From: an uncultured Hyphomicrobiales bacterium
GTDB lineage: Bacteria > Bacteroidota > Ignavibacteria > Kapaibacteriales > UBA2268
NCBI GenBank assembly: GCA_964610885.1
Contig: CAZSWR010000006.1
Span: forward strand, 1 to 61,325
Length of the DNA: 61,325 bases
Direction: 5' to 3'
How positions within the stretch are numbered: the first letter of the stretch is position 1; the number at the start of each line of letters is the position of its first letter. A program made the translations under genes and the position numbers. The notes beneath the pieces were generated by a model. That model searched no databases. It was given only the letters and a program-made list of their open reading frames with translations, and was not told where the DNA came from. This document shows positions 35,469 to 46,708 of this stretch, in pieces.

Positions 35469-36866
35469 TCAATACTCATTTGCTAATATGTAGAGTGTAA
35501 TCGCCATAGCGGCCACCTGATTGTTGAAGTCGTCGGAATTGATTTTCTCCGGTGTATCGTTCGGCGAATGGTGGTACCAGAAATATTTTCCTGTGGTATC
35601 CCAGCCAGGACTCATCCCGGGCACGCCATTGTTTCGCATCAGCGGGCCTATATCGACACCGCCGCCGCCTTTATTGATTTGAATGGAGCCGAAGTATTTG
35701 CAGAGTATTCCTTCGATTGGCTTCAATTGGTTTTCCATCAGCGAATCAGGCCCGGAGAAATTAATCGAATATGGCGCAAAAATCCCGCCGTCGAACTCGC
35801 AGGCATAAATATGCTTTTCGTTTTTGTGCGCGCGGGCGTATTCGATGCCGCCTCGGTTTCCGTTCTCTTCGTTTGCCCAAAAGACAGACCTAATCGTACG
35901 CGCTGGGCGCAGTCCGAGGTCGTGGAGCAGCTTCACGATTTGCCAACCGGCCACGCAACCGCTCGCGTCGTCGTGGGCGCCTCGCGTATTGTCCCACGAA
36001 TCGCTATGGCCGCCGACTGCAATCACTTCGTCAGGGAACTTCGACCCGGTGATTTCGCCAACCAAATTGCTCGATGGCGAATCGGGCAAGAATTTCGATT
36101 CTGTATAGAACGAGAGAACGATGTTTTCGCCATCGGCCTGGATGCGGCCGAGCATTGCGGCGTCCTCTGGCGTGATTGCGCCGTGGGGTATCTTCGGAAC
36201 TGAGTCCACATAGCCCATACTGCCGGAATGCGGCTGGTAGATTTCCGCAGGCGTTGCTGATCGCGTCAGGCTGGCCACCGCACCGAAGCGCGCGGCAATC
36301 ACAGCGCCGTGGTATCTGTACCTAATGGCTTGGCCGTAATTCTCGAATTTTATATTAAATACAACGATTTTGCCTTTGGCCGGCGCAGGGTTCCGCTCCA
36401 GGTCTTCGATGCCTCCCACGACGTAGCACGGCGCAGTTATAGGGCCGTTTGGAGTATTAATGCTGCCACCGAGCACGGTTACGGGCAATCGCATCTTGTG
36501 CGGCGATACCATTTCTAAGTATTCATTGCCTCGGTCCCAATGCGGAACCATGACAGGCTCCTTGGCCACGCGCTCCAGCCCGTCGGCTTTCATTTTCCCG
36601 AAGCCCCAATCAATCATTTCCTCTAATACATTCGTGCCGCAGAGCCTGCCACCGAAATGGTCGCAAATGTATGCAGTACGCTTCCACGCGGTGGAATCGC
36701 CTTTGAGCGCGGCGATGATTTTTTCGGCGGCGGGAGAGTATTTCTCGATAATCTGCTCGCGGCTAAGCCCAGCCGAAAAGCAATTGAATTGGAACAAACC
36801 TATGAACGAAAGAATTAGTGCTGTTCTGGTGAAAACATTTTTTGAGAGAGTTTTTGATATATTCAT
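35469..36866 (-). CDS. M28 family aminopeptidase/carboxypeptidase with PA domain (CPQ-like)
   Basis: GGHSDSWD, GAHDDASG and NEENG zinc-ligand motifs. N-terminal signal sequence. Confidence 0.85.
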   Translation of the reverse strand: MNISKTLSKNVFTRTALILSFIGLFQFNCFSAGLSREQIIEKYSPAAEKIIAALKGDSTAWKRTAYICDHFGGRLCGTNVLEEMIDWGFGKMKADGLERVAKEPVMVPHWDRGNEYLEMVSPHKMRLPVTVLGGSINTPNGPITAPCYVVGGIEDLERNPAPAKGKIVVFNIKFENYGQAIRYRYHGAVIAARFGAVASLTRSATPAEIYQPHSGSMGYVDSVPKIPHGAITPEDAAMLGRIQADGENIVLSFYTESKFLPDSPSSNLVGEITGSKFPDEVIAVGGHSDSWDNTRGAHDDASGCVAGWQIVKLLHDLGLRPARTIRSVFWANEENGNRGGIEYARAHKNEKHIYACEFDGGIFAPYSINFSGPDSLMENQLKPIEGILCKYFGSIQINKGGGGVDIGPLMRNNGVPGMSPGWDTTGKYFWYHHSPNDTPEKINSDDFNNQVAAMAITLYILANEY

Positions 36867-37157
36867 TTTTCTTCCTTTTCCTGCAAAAAGCTACAATTCA
36901 AAAATCGGAATTAATTCACTTATAAACAACACAATTCGTCCGCCGGCACCCGACTTTTATTCTCGGGCAGCTCGTCTGAGGGACCGAAGGCAAAATTCGG
37001 AAGGCGAGCGAAACGCACCGTCTTCTGTAAGTAATTGATTTGCATTGTGTTAATTTTGTGTTAATTTGTTTGTTTCTGTTTTTTTTTCTCGCAATTTCAT
37101 TGTAGTTTTGTCGTGTAAACTGTTGATGAATTGAAATTGAAAATTGGAAATAGGTTT

Positions 37158-37883
37158 ATGAACGGAAAGCCCCTCACACACGAATCGCCCTTGAATCAGT
37201 CAAAGACAATCGCTATAATCGATGACGAACCCGATATTTTGGAACTTGTTTCGATAACACTCACGAAAGCCGGCTACCGGACCAAGACATTCGAGGACGG
37301 CGAAACGTTCATTAAATACCTTTCGCAAGAGCAGCCCGATCTGGTCGTGCTGGACCTGATGCTGCCCGATGCCGACGGTTTCGAGATTTGCAAGTTCATC
37401 CGGCGGGACGAGCGGCTGGCGCAGATTCCCGTTATCATGCTGACGGCCAAACACGAAGAAACCGACAAAGTGCTCGGGTTGGAGCTGGGCGCCGACGACT
37501 ACGTAACGAAGCCATTTTCGCCGCGCGAGCTGGCCGCAAGGGTCAAAGCAATCCTCAGGCGCGAAGAGAAATCAATCAAAACGCAAATACTCAAAATTGG
37601 GAAATTCCTCGAAATTGATTTGCAGAAATACGAAGTCTATGTGCAAACAGACAAAGTAGAGCTGACTTCGACAGAATTTCGGATACTGAAACTGCTCTCC
37701 GAGCGCAAGGGATGGGTATATTCCCGAGAGCAAATCTTGGACTATTTGGGCGTGCAGGAAAAGGGCGTTTTGGACCGCACCGTGGACGTGCACATCAAAA
37801 ACCTTCGCGAAAAACTCGGCATCGGCGGCAAGTATATCAAAAATATCCGTGGCATTGGATACAAAATCGAAGAGGAAATATGA
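37158..37883 (+). CDS. OmpR/PhoB-type response regulator
   Basis: Receiver IAIIDDEPDI...LVVLDLMLPDADG...LTAK, plus a winged-helix C-terminus (LTSTEFRILKLL...VDVHIKNLREKL...IRGIGYK). First ATG at 37158. Confidence 0.9.
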   Translation: MNGKPLTHESPLNQSKTIAIIDDEPDILELVSITLTKAGYRTKTFEDGETFIKYLSQEQPDLVVLDLMLPDADGFEICKFIRRDERLAQIPVIMLTAKHEETDKVLGLELGADDYVTKPFSPRELAARVKAILRREEKSIKTQILKIGKFLEIDLQKYEVYVQTDKVELTSTEFRILKLLSERKGWVYSREQILDYLGVQEKGVLDRTVDVHIKNLREKLGIGGKYIKNIRGIGYKIEEEI

Positions 37884-39607
37884 AACAAATCTTCACGAAA
37901 TTTTTCGGGGCGTTCTTGATTATTATCTTGTCGCTCTCGGGACTGATATTGTATTTCGCATTCAGTTCAATCAACGATAACTACCTTCAGTTTATAAACA
38001 ATCAGCTACTGAACCTCGATTTCTCGATGAAGAGCCGCATTGCCCCGCTGCTGGTAGAGAACCGTCGCGCGGAATTGGACTCGATCGTCAAAATGAGCGG
38101 CAGGGACGTCAATACGAGGATCACAGTGATCGATACTTTCGGAGTGGTTGTCGCCGATTCGAAATCGGACCCGAAGACTATGGAAAACCACGCCGACCGA
38201 CCCGAATTAATCGAAGCAAAAGCCAAAGGCATCGGCCACGCCGAGCGTTTCAGCCACACGATCAACGACGACATGCTTTACACAGTGGTGCCAATCAAAA
38301 ACGGCGACACACTGATTGGATACTCGAGAGTAAGCCTCTACCTGAAAGACATCAACACATGGATCGGTGGGCTGCGAAGCCGAATTTTCCAGATTTCGAT
38401 CCTGATCGTGGTGCTCGGTTTGGCGCTGGCTTTCGTTGTCTCGCGCGGCATCACAAAGCCAATCAAGCGCTTAGTGCTGGCATCGCGTCGGGTGGCCGAC
38501 GGAGATTTCACCGCCAAGGTTTACGTATCGAACCACGACGAAATACGCGAACTCGCCGACAGCTTCAACACGATGACCGATAAAATAAAAAATCTTTTCG
38601 ACCAGGCATCGACGCAGCAAGAGGAATTGAATAGCATTATTACGTCGATGAAGGACGGATTCGCAGTGTTCGACGCGAAAGGCAAAATCATGCTCTTCAA
38701 CGAAGGCTTCGGCCGCATCGCCGGTTCGGATTTTGTTGAAAATAAAGTGTACTGGGAAATCATTCGCGAAAGCGCATTCATCGAATTCATGGAGCAAACA
38801 CTGAAGAAGCGAAAAGGCATCGCCCGCGAAGCAATTATCGACGGCAAGCACTTCCTTTGCTCGTCGAGCTATTTGGAGGCGAAGGGCGAGGTCGTGCTCA
38901 TTATGTCCGATATAACTCAGTTGAAAATGCTCGAAAACATCAAGCGCGATTTCGTCGTGAACGTGTCCCACGAGCTTCGCACACCGCTGACGGCGATAAA
39001 GGGCTTCATCGAAACGCTTCAGGACGAATCCGACGAAAAGCAACAACGCTACCTTTCGATTGTGGAGCGCCACACGGACCGGCTTATCAATATCGTAAAC
39101 GATTTGCTCCTGCTGTCCAAATTGGAGGACGCCGGCCAAAAACTCGAAATCTCGGATACGAACATCGTGGAAATCACTTCCAACGTTGTGAAAATGTTTG
39201 AGCAGAGGCTCATCGAGAAGAATCTTTACCTGAACATTAACGTAGCCGATGGCTTCCCCGCGGTGCAGGCGGACCAATACAAGATCGAGCATCTAATGAT
39301 CAACCTGATCGACAATGCAATCAAATACACCGACGAGGGCGGCGTGGACATTTATTTCTCGCGAACGAACGATTTTGCCGTTATTGCGGTATCCGACACA
39401 GGCATCGGCATCCCGAAAGAAAAGTTAGGCAGAATCTTCGAACGGTTCTTCACGGTGGACAATTCACGTTCGCGGAAAGTGGGCGGGACCGGCCTCGGGC
39501 TGGCAATTGTCAAACACATCGTGCAGCTGCACGGCGGGGAAATCAAGGCAGAATCCAGCGAAAACGGCTCGAGGATGACCGTGCTGCTGCCGCTCGTCCA
39601 GGAGTGA
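37880..39607 (+). CDS. PhoR-like sensor histidine kinase (TM, sensor, HAMP, PAS, HisKA, HATPase)
   Basis: The ATG overlaps the regulator stop (ATGA). H-box FVVNVSHELRTPLTAIKGF, G-box GGTGLGLAIVKHIV. The upstream extension in the ORF track is read-through of the regulator 3' end. Confidence 0.88.
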   Translation: MKQIFTKFFGAFLIIILSLSGLILYFAFSSINDNYLQFINNQLLNLDFSMKSRIAPLLVENRRAELDSIVKMSGRDVNTRITVIDTFGVVVADSKSDPKTMENHADRPELIEAKAKGIGHAERFSHTINDDMLYTVVPIKNGDTLIGYSRVSLYLKDINTWIGGLRSRIFQISILIVVLGLALAFVVSRGITKPIKRLVLASRRVADGDFTAKVYVSNHDEIRELADSFNTMTDKIKNLFDQASTQQEELNSIITSMKDGFAVFDAKGKIMLFNEGFGRIAGSDFVENKVYWEIIRESAFIEFMEQTLKKRKGIAREAIIDGKHFLCSSSYLEAKGEVVLIMSDITQLKMLENIKRDFVVNVSHELRTPLTAIKGFIETLQDESDEKQQRYLSIVERHTDRLINIVNDLLLLSKLEDAGQKLEISDTNIVEITSNVVKMFEQRLIEKNLYLNINVADGFPAVQADQYKIEHLMINLIDNAIKYTDEGGVDIYFSRTNDFAVIAVSDTGIGIPKEKLGRIFERFFTVDNSRSRKVGGTGLGLAIVKHIVQLHGGEIKAESSENGSRMTVLLPLVQE

Positions 39608-39650
39608 GACGGTTCAGGAAAAATGTAAACGTATAAATTAAGGATTCGGA

Positions 39651-39938
39651 TCAACATTCGATTTGCGTGTGCAGGGCGATTTCCTCGAGGATTGAAGTGC
39701 ATTTCAGGCACTCCTCGAGGCTCCCTTCGTAAACGTTGGACTTACCCGAATTGTGTACTTCCCAGGTGAGCTGTTCGGCGTGGTCGTAGGAGCAACCGGT
39801 GGCTTTGATGATTTGGTTAATAACTTCGTCGAACGTATGCCAGTCGTCGTTGAAAAGGATAACACGCATAGGGAAATCTGTGTTGTTGGTCGTCGTTACC
39901 TCAATTTGTTCCAATTCTTGTACGTTCTGGTCAAGCAT
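39651..39938 (-). CDS. clpS: ATP-dependent Clp protease adaptor ClpS
   Basis: 95 aa. [18 protein letters not shown]...[14 protein letters not shown] is the ClpS core. Confidence 0.9.
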   Translation of the reverse strand: MLDQNVQELEQIEVTTTNNTDFPMRVILFNDDWHTFDEVINQIIKATGCSYDHAEQLTWEVHNSGKSNVYEGSLEECLKCTSILEEIALHTQIEC

Positions 39939-40333
39939 AATTTCATCAAAAAAGTTTCAAACAAATCAAAATTTAAACTAAACAAATTTTCACAATCTGC
40001 AAAGATAATAATTCTACTTTCCGATTTTGGGAAGCCATGAATTATTGATTCCGCCCCACGAGGAAGCGCGAAAGTCGTTGAAATATCGCAAGAATCGATG
40101 TGAATCAGTTGGCTGAAGATATGTGATAACAAAAATGCTCATAGTTTTTTCCTCATCGCCTTCCATTTACTCCGCACCCGTTATTGATTTCTTGCCCATT
40201 GTTGTGAGCAAAGCGGTTTGCTCCGAGCTGTTTAATCTTTCAGTTATTAACTGAATTTTCTTCATTATGGAACTAAATTGCGAGCTATGTCGGAACATTT
40301 GTTATATTTGTAGTTGATGTATAACGTTGACAA

Positions 40334-40933
40334 ATGGAAATGAACGCATTAAACGCCTCTTTCATACTGGCCGCTTCGGTGAAGGAACACTTCCCTCAGT
40401 CTGACCTGCCGGAAATAGCCTTCGCCGGACGCTCGAACGTCGGCAAATCTTCGCTGCTAAATAGTATCGTGCTTCGGAAAAGCCTTGCCAAGATCAGCTC
40501 CACTCCGGGCAAAACGCAAACGATAAATTTCTTCAACGTCGAGGACCGCTGGATGCTCGTCGATATGCCCGGTTTCGGATACGCCCAGGCGTCGAAAACC
40601 AAACGCGACGATTGGTTCAAGATGAACAGGGAATACCTCGTCGGGCGCGAGAACCTCGTTTTGGTTGCTTCGCTTATCGATTCGCGCCACGACCCGATGG
40701 AATCAGACATCGCGTTCATCGAATGGATGGAAATGAACCAAATTCCATATTTGATAATACTGACGAAATGCGACAAAATCTCGCCGAAACTGCTCGCCGA
40801 ACGCAAAGAGCAAGTCGAGCACTTGATTTCGAATTGCCAATTCGCTCGCGAGGTTTTGCCATACTCATCGGTTACGAATCTCGGGCGAGAGCAATTAATC
40901 GGGATTATTAAAAAATCGTGCGCAAAAAAATAA
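40334..40933 (+). CDS. engB: Ribosome-biogenesis GTPase EngB/YsxC/YihA
   Basis: GRSNVGKSSLLN (G1), DMPGFGYA (G3), TKCDK (G4). 199 aa. Confidence 0.9.
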   Translation: MEMNALNASFILAASVKEHFPQSDLPEIAFAGRSNVGKSSLLNSIVLRKSLAKISSTPGKTQTINFFNVEDRWMLVDMPGFGYAQASKTKRDDWFKMNREYLVGRENLVLVASLIDSRHDPMESDIAFIEWMEMNQIPYLIILTKCDKISPKLLAERKEQVEHLISNCQFAREVLPYSSVTNLGREQLIGIIKKSCAKK

Positions 40934-41205
40934 TAATATAAGATTAAATTAAAACCAAACTTTGTTCGTTCTAACATTTGGTATTTGAAATAACATCCGA
41001 TTGAAAGCAATATTTCTCGGAAAAAGAAGCATCAAAGAGCTTTGAATTCCGGTTTCTTTATACCTAATTGAATCTTTTTGCTTTGCCAAGCTCTTTGAAC
41101 TCTGAAGTTCCGAACTTCCAGGGGCAATACTCTGCAAACTGCTCGGAACAATGAAACATGAAATTATCATAAAGATATTTTTTGAATTATTTTGGAGGTT
41201 ATGCT

Positions 41206-43623
41206 ATGTTTTCCAAAAGTATTAGGAAACTGCTCGGTGCGAAACCGCTTTTCGTGCTGCTTGCATTCCTTTTCGGCGCGCCCAGCCTGATGGCCAGCGA
41301 AGCCGAATTAGTGGTTCCCACCCTAACAACTGACCAATCAAACCTGCTCATGATTGGGCTTATTGTATGTTTGCTTGGAATGGTGTTTGGCCTGTATGCC
41401 TACCTGCACGTGAAGCGACTCAAAGCGCATCCGACGATGCTCGACGTATCGGAGTTAATTTTCCAAACCGCAAAGACTTACCTGCTCCAGCAGGGCAAGT
41501 TCCTCATTTTGCTTGAAATCCTCATCGGCACATGTATCGCATTCTACTTCGGTGCGCTTCAGAACATGCAGCTTTCCGGCGTGGCTATGATTCTCGCATG
41601 GTCTGTGGTGGGTATTCTCGGTTCGTATGGCGTGGCGTGGTTCGGCATTCGTGTCAATACGCTCGCCAATAGCCGCATGGCATTCGCCTCGCTCGAGAAA
41701 AAGCCGCTTAAATTGCTCAACATCCCGCTCCAGGCCGGAATGAGTATTGGCGTGTTGCTGATCTGCGTCGAACTTATTATGATGCTCATCATCCTTCTTT
41801 TCATCGACCCGCACTATGCCGGTGCATGTTTCATCGGCTTCGCAATAGGCGAATCGCTTGGCGCCAGCGCCCTCCGTATCGCCGGTGGTATCTTCACGAA
41901 GATTGCCGATATTGGCTCGGACTTGATGAAAATCGTGTTCAATTTGAAAGAAGACGACCCGTCGAACCCCGGCGTTATTGCTGACTGCACGGGCGACAAT
42001 GCCGGCGATTCTATCGGACCGACGGCAGATGGATTCGAAACCTATGGCGTAACGGGCGTGGCCTTAGTCAGTTTCATCATCCTTGGCGTCTTCCCGCAGT
42101 ACCAAGCGGAACTTATCACATGGATCTTTACTATGCGCGTCGCAATGATTTTCACTTCGATCCTGGCCTATTGGATCAACCTCGGAGTGAGCAAAATGAT
42201 TTACAGCGGCCGCGACGACCTCGATTTCGAACGCCCGCTTACATCTTTGGTATGGATTACTTCCATCCTGTCGATCATCGCAACGTTTGGAATCAGCTAC
42301 TGGCAGATCACCAACCTTCCGAATAACATTTGGTGGGTTCTGGCCACGATCATCAGCCTTGGCACTCTGGGCGCTGCACTGATTCCAGAATTCACGAAAG
42401 CATTCACCAGCACCAAGGCCCGCCACACACAAGAAATCGTCCGCGCATCGCGCGAGGGCGGCCCTTCGCTGACGATCCTCTCCGGTTTGGTCGCAGGCAA
42501 TTTTAGCGCATTCTGGGAGGGCATGGTATTCTTCACACTGATGTTCTTCGCATATATTTCGAGTACAAACGGACTAAACTCGATTATGCAATACGAGACG
42601 ATTTTCGCTTTCGGCCTCGTGGCGTTCGGTTTCCTCGGAATGGGGCCGGTTACCATCGCCGTCGATAGCTACGGCCCTGTAACGGATAACGCACAATCGA
42701 TCTACGAACTGTCCATGATCGAAACTCGCGAAAACATCGAATCGGAAATCGAAAAAGACTTTGGCTTCAAACCCAATTTCGACAAAGCAAAACAATACCT
42801 CGAAGAAAACGACGGAGCAGGAAATACGTTCAAAGCCACCTCGAAACCTGTGCTCATCGGTACAGCCGTCGTGGGCGCAACGACTATGATTTTCTCGCTT
42901 ATCCTGCTGATTAAATCAACTCTCGGCATCGCTCCCGAACAAGTTTTGAACTTGCTCAATCCATACACTATCCTCGGATTCATCTGCGGCGGCGCCGTTA
43001 TCTATTGGTTCACCGGTGCATCCACCCAGGCCGTCTCCACCGGCGCATACAAAGCCGTCGAATTCATCAAAAAGCATATCGACCTGAGCAATGCCTCGCA
43101 GGCAGCGTCCACCGAGAACTCGAAAGAGGTCGTGAAGATCTGCACTCAATACGCGCAAAAGGGAATGTTCAACATTTTCATCGCAATATTCAGCTTTGCG
43201 CTCGCTTTTGCATTCTTCTCCGCTTCGGACCGCTCGAATCCTGGCCCGGCTGCGTTCTTCGTCAGCTATTTGGTTTCGATTGCCATTTTCGGGCTTTTCC
43301 AAGCCATTTTCATGGCTAATGCCGGCGGCGCTTGGGACAACGCCAAGAAGATCGTCGAAGTGGAACTAAAGGAAAAAGGCACCGATTTGCACGCTGCGAC
43401 CGTTATTGGCGACACAGTTGGCGATCCGTTCAAAGACACTTCATCCGTCGCGCTGAACCCGATCATCAAATTCACGACACTCTTCGGCTTGCTGGCCATG
43501 GAGATTGCGATCGTCCCATCGTTCGTTTCCACGGCTCCGTACGTGGGCGGCGTGTTCTTCGCAATTGCCCTCGTATTTGTGTATCGCTCGTTCTATTCGA
43601 TGCGCATCCCGGAGAAGCTCTAA
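41206..43623 (+). CDS. hppA: Membrane-integral ion-translocating pyrophosphatase
   Basis: GGAGG lies 7 nt upstream of ATG 41206. DCTGDNAGD, GDTVGDPFKDT and NAGGAWDNAKK motifs. About 16 TM helices. Confidence 0.93.
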   Translation: MFSKSIRKLLGAKPLFVLLAFLFGAPSLMASEAELVVPTLTTDQSNLLMIGLIVCLLGMVFGLYAYLHVKRLKAHPTMLDVSELIFQTAKTYLLQQGKFLILLEILIGTCIAFYFGALQNMQLSGVAMILAWSVVGILGSYGVAWFGIRVNTLANSRMAFASLEKKPLKLLNIPLQAGMSIGVLLICVELIMMLIILLFIDPHYAGACFIGFAIGESLGASALRIAGGIFTKIADIGSDLMKIVFNLKEDDPSNPGVIADCTGDNAGDSIGPTADGFETYGVTGVALVSFIILGVFPQYQAELITWIFTMRVAMIFTSILAYWINLGVSKMIYSGRDDLDFERPLTSLVWITSILSIIATFGISYWQITNLPNNIWWVLATIISLGTLGAALIPEFTKAFTSTKARHTQEIVRASREGGPSLTILSGLVAGNFSAFWEGMVFFTLMFFAYISSTNGLNSIMQYETIFAFGLVAFGFLGMGPVTIAVDSYGPVTDNAQSIYELSMIETRENIESEIEKDFGFKPNFDKAKQYLEENDGAGNTFKATSKPVLIGTAVVGATTMIFSLILLIKSTLGIAPEQVLNLLNPYTILGFICGGAVIYWFTGASTQAVSTGAYKAVEFIKKHIDLSNASQAASTENSKEVVKICTQYAQKGMFNIFIAIFSFALAFAFFSASDRSNPGPAAFFVSYLVSIAIFGLFQAIFMANAGGAWDNAKKIVEVELKEKGTDLHAATVIGDTVGDPFKDTSSVALNPIIKFTTLFGLLAMEIAIVPSFVSTAPYVGGVFFAIALVFVYRSFYSMRIPEKL

Positions 43624-43667
43624 ACCAATCAGCTTTCAGATGCTTTTTCTCTCGCTCACAATAAAAA

Positions 43668-43705
43668 AACATCCGATGACTCTTTGGGCCATCGGATGTT
43701 TTTTT
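43668..43705 (+). terminator. Rho-independent terminator of hppA
   Basis: CATCCGATG / CATCGGATG stem followed by a T7 run. Confidence 0.8.
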
Positions 43706-43747
43706 AAAGTCCACACCATGAATCATAAAGGAGAAAAAATACTGAAA

Positions 43748-43984
43748 ATGTCAAGAATCAAACCTATAGATGTAGTTGCATTAGAAGATTATATTATCGA
43801 AATCAAATTCTCTAACGGCGAAATTCGGCGATTCGATTGCAAGCCATATTTAAATGGTGATTGGTTTTCAGAGTTGCTCAAAATAGAAAATTTCAAAGAT
43901 ATGAGGGTTTCCGGTTCGACTGTCGAAAGGGCAACTGGCCAAGATCTATGCCCAGATTGCCTTTACGACAATAGCTACGTCTGA
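43748..43984 (+). CDS. DUF2442-like small protein
   Basis: MSRIKPIDVVALEDYIIEIKFSNGEIRRFDCKPYL... fits the DUF2442 pattern. An alternative start is at 43718. The longer track ORF reads through the hppA terminator. Confidence 0.55.
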   Translation: MSRIKPIDVVALEDYIIEIKFSNGEIRRFDCKPYLNGDWFSELLKIENFKDMRVSGSTVERATGQDLCPDCLYDNSYV

Positions 43985-44193
43985 TCCATTTATTGGGCAG
44001 ATTATTCTCCTCCCATTCAGAAGTTGAACGTCTGACTGCATTTTTCTCATATCGAATGCGAGAAAACACTCGGAAGGGTTACTGTTCCAAATGCTAATAT
44101 TATTCTGCCAATACAACTAGGAATTATTACTATCTCTGGCAGGCTTCAAGCCAGCTCCGAAGGTGCGATATATTCATTGCTGACACGTTGATT

Positions 44194-44266
44194 AATATTC
44201 CACGCTTTCAGCGTTTGAATGATGATACCAACACGTTTACTATGAATATTCCACGCCTTCGGCGTT
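44194..44266 (+). repeat. Twin hairpin modules AATATTCCACGC(C)TTC(A/G)GCGTT
   Basis: Copies at 44194-44215 and 44245-44266, spaced 51 bp apart. Confidence 0.7.
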
Positions 44267-44360
44267 CACTCCGGCTACGAATATGTGTTCGAAAAACAAA
44301 TCAATTACGTATGAATGGTGTCGTACTCATCGGATGAGTATTTGATATCCAATTTCAAAC

Positions 44361-44402
44361 AAAAAGCCACATCCCATTTTGTAAGATGTGGCTTTTGTTT
44401 TT
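44361..44402 (-). terminator. Bidirectional Rho-independent terminator (eno)
   Basis: AAAGCCACATC / GATGTGGCTTT stem flanked by an A-run and a T-run, 13 bp beyond the eno stop. Confidence 0.8.
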
Positions 44403-44414
44403 TCTGCTGATTAC

Positions 44415-46077
<1,663 letters not shown>

Positions 46078-46150
46078 ATTATTCCACGATAAAACGTTCT
46101 ACGATAAATCTTCCATTTAAAACATAGCTCCGGCAAACGCATTTTCGCAC

Positions 46151-46196
46151 AAAAAAAAGGCTGTCTTGATTGCATTTTCGATTTGCAAAGACAGCC
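46151..46196 (-). terminator. Rho-independent terminator of trxA
   Basis: GGCTGTCTT / AAGACAGCC stem. On the minus strand it is followed by a U8 run. Confidence 0.75.
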
Positions 46197-46260
46197 ATTT
46201 CGTTTTATTTATGGCTCCGGTGATGTACCTTCTTGCGCCAATGTCGGTCTTTCGTCAGTG

Positions 46261-46584
46261 TTAAATGTGCTCTTTCAAATGTGCTTCGATTTGTTGTTTC
46301 GGCACTGCGCCGATGATGCTATCCACCACCTGGCCCTCTTTGAAAATGAGCAAGGTCGGGATCGAGCGGATGCCATAGGTCATGGCTGTTTTCTGGCTGG
46401 CGTCCACATCGACTTTAACCATTTTTGCCTTTCCGGCGTATTCGGCGGCCAATTCTTCGATAAGCGGGGTGATCATTCTGCAAGGTCCGCACCATGTGGC
46501 CCAAAAATCCACGAGCACTGGTACATCCGATTGCAATACTTCCTGGTCGAATACCTCGTCCGAAACAAGCTGTAATTGCGACAT
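46261..46584 (-). CDS. trxA: Thioredoxin
   Basis: 107 aa with the WATWCGPC active site. Confidence 0.95.
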   Translation of the reverse strand: MSQLQLVSDEVFDQEVLQSDVPVLVDFWATWCGPCRMITPLIEELAAEYAGKAKMVKVDVDASQKTAMTYGIRSIPTLLIFKEGQVVDSIIGAVPKQQIEAHLKEHI

Positions 46585-46708
46585 TTTTTACTCCTAATGT
46601 ATGGTTATTTAATCTTTCAAATCCACTAAAAACGGAAATGTAAAATTACAAATTTCTGTTCAAACATTAAACAGAAATATTCCGTTTTTATTGTAATATT
46701 TCACATTA

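Noticed and set aside
40014-40166. 50-aa minus-strand ORF (MEGDEEKTMSIFVITYLQPTDSHRFLRYFNDFRASSWGG...) upstream of clpS, faintly Cas2/VapD-like at its start. It overlaps the track ORF 39896-40132 in another frame.
   Set aside because: It is too short and the similarity is too vague. There is no SD, and two overlapping candidate frames compete. It cannot be supported without conservation data.
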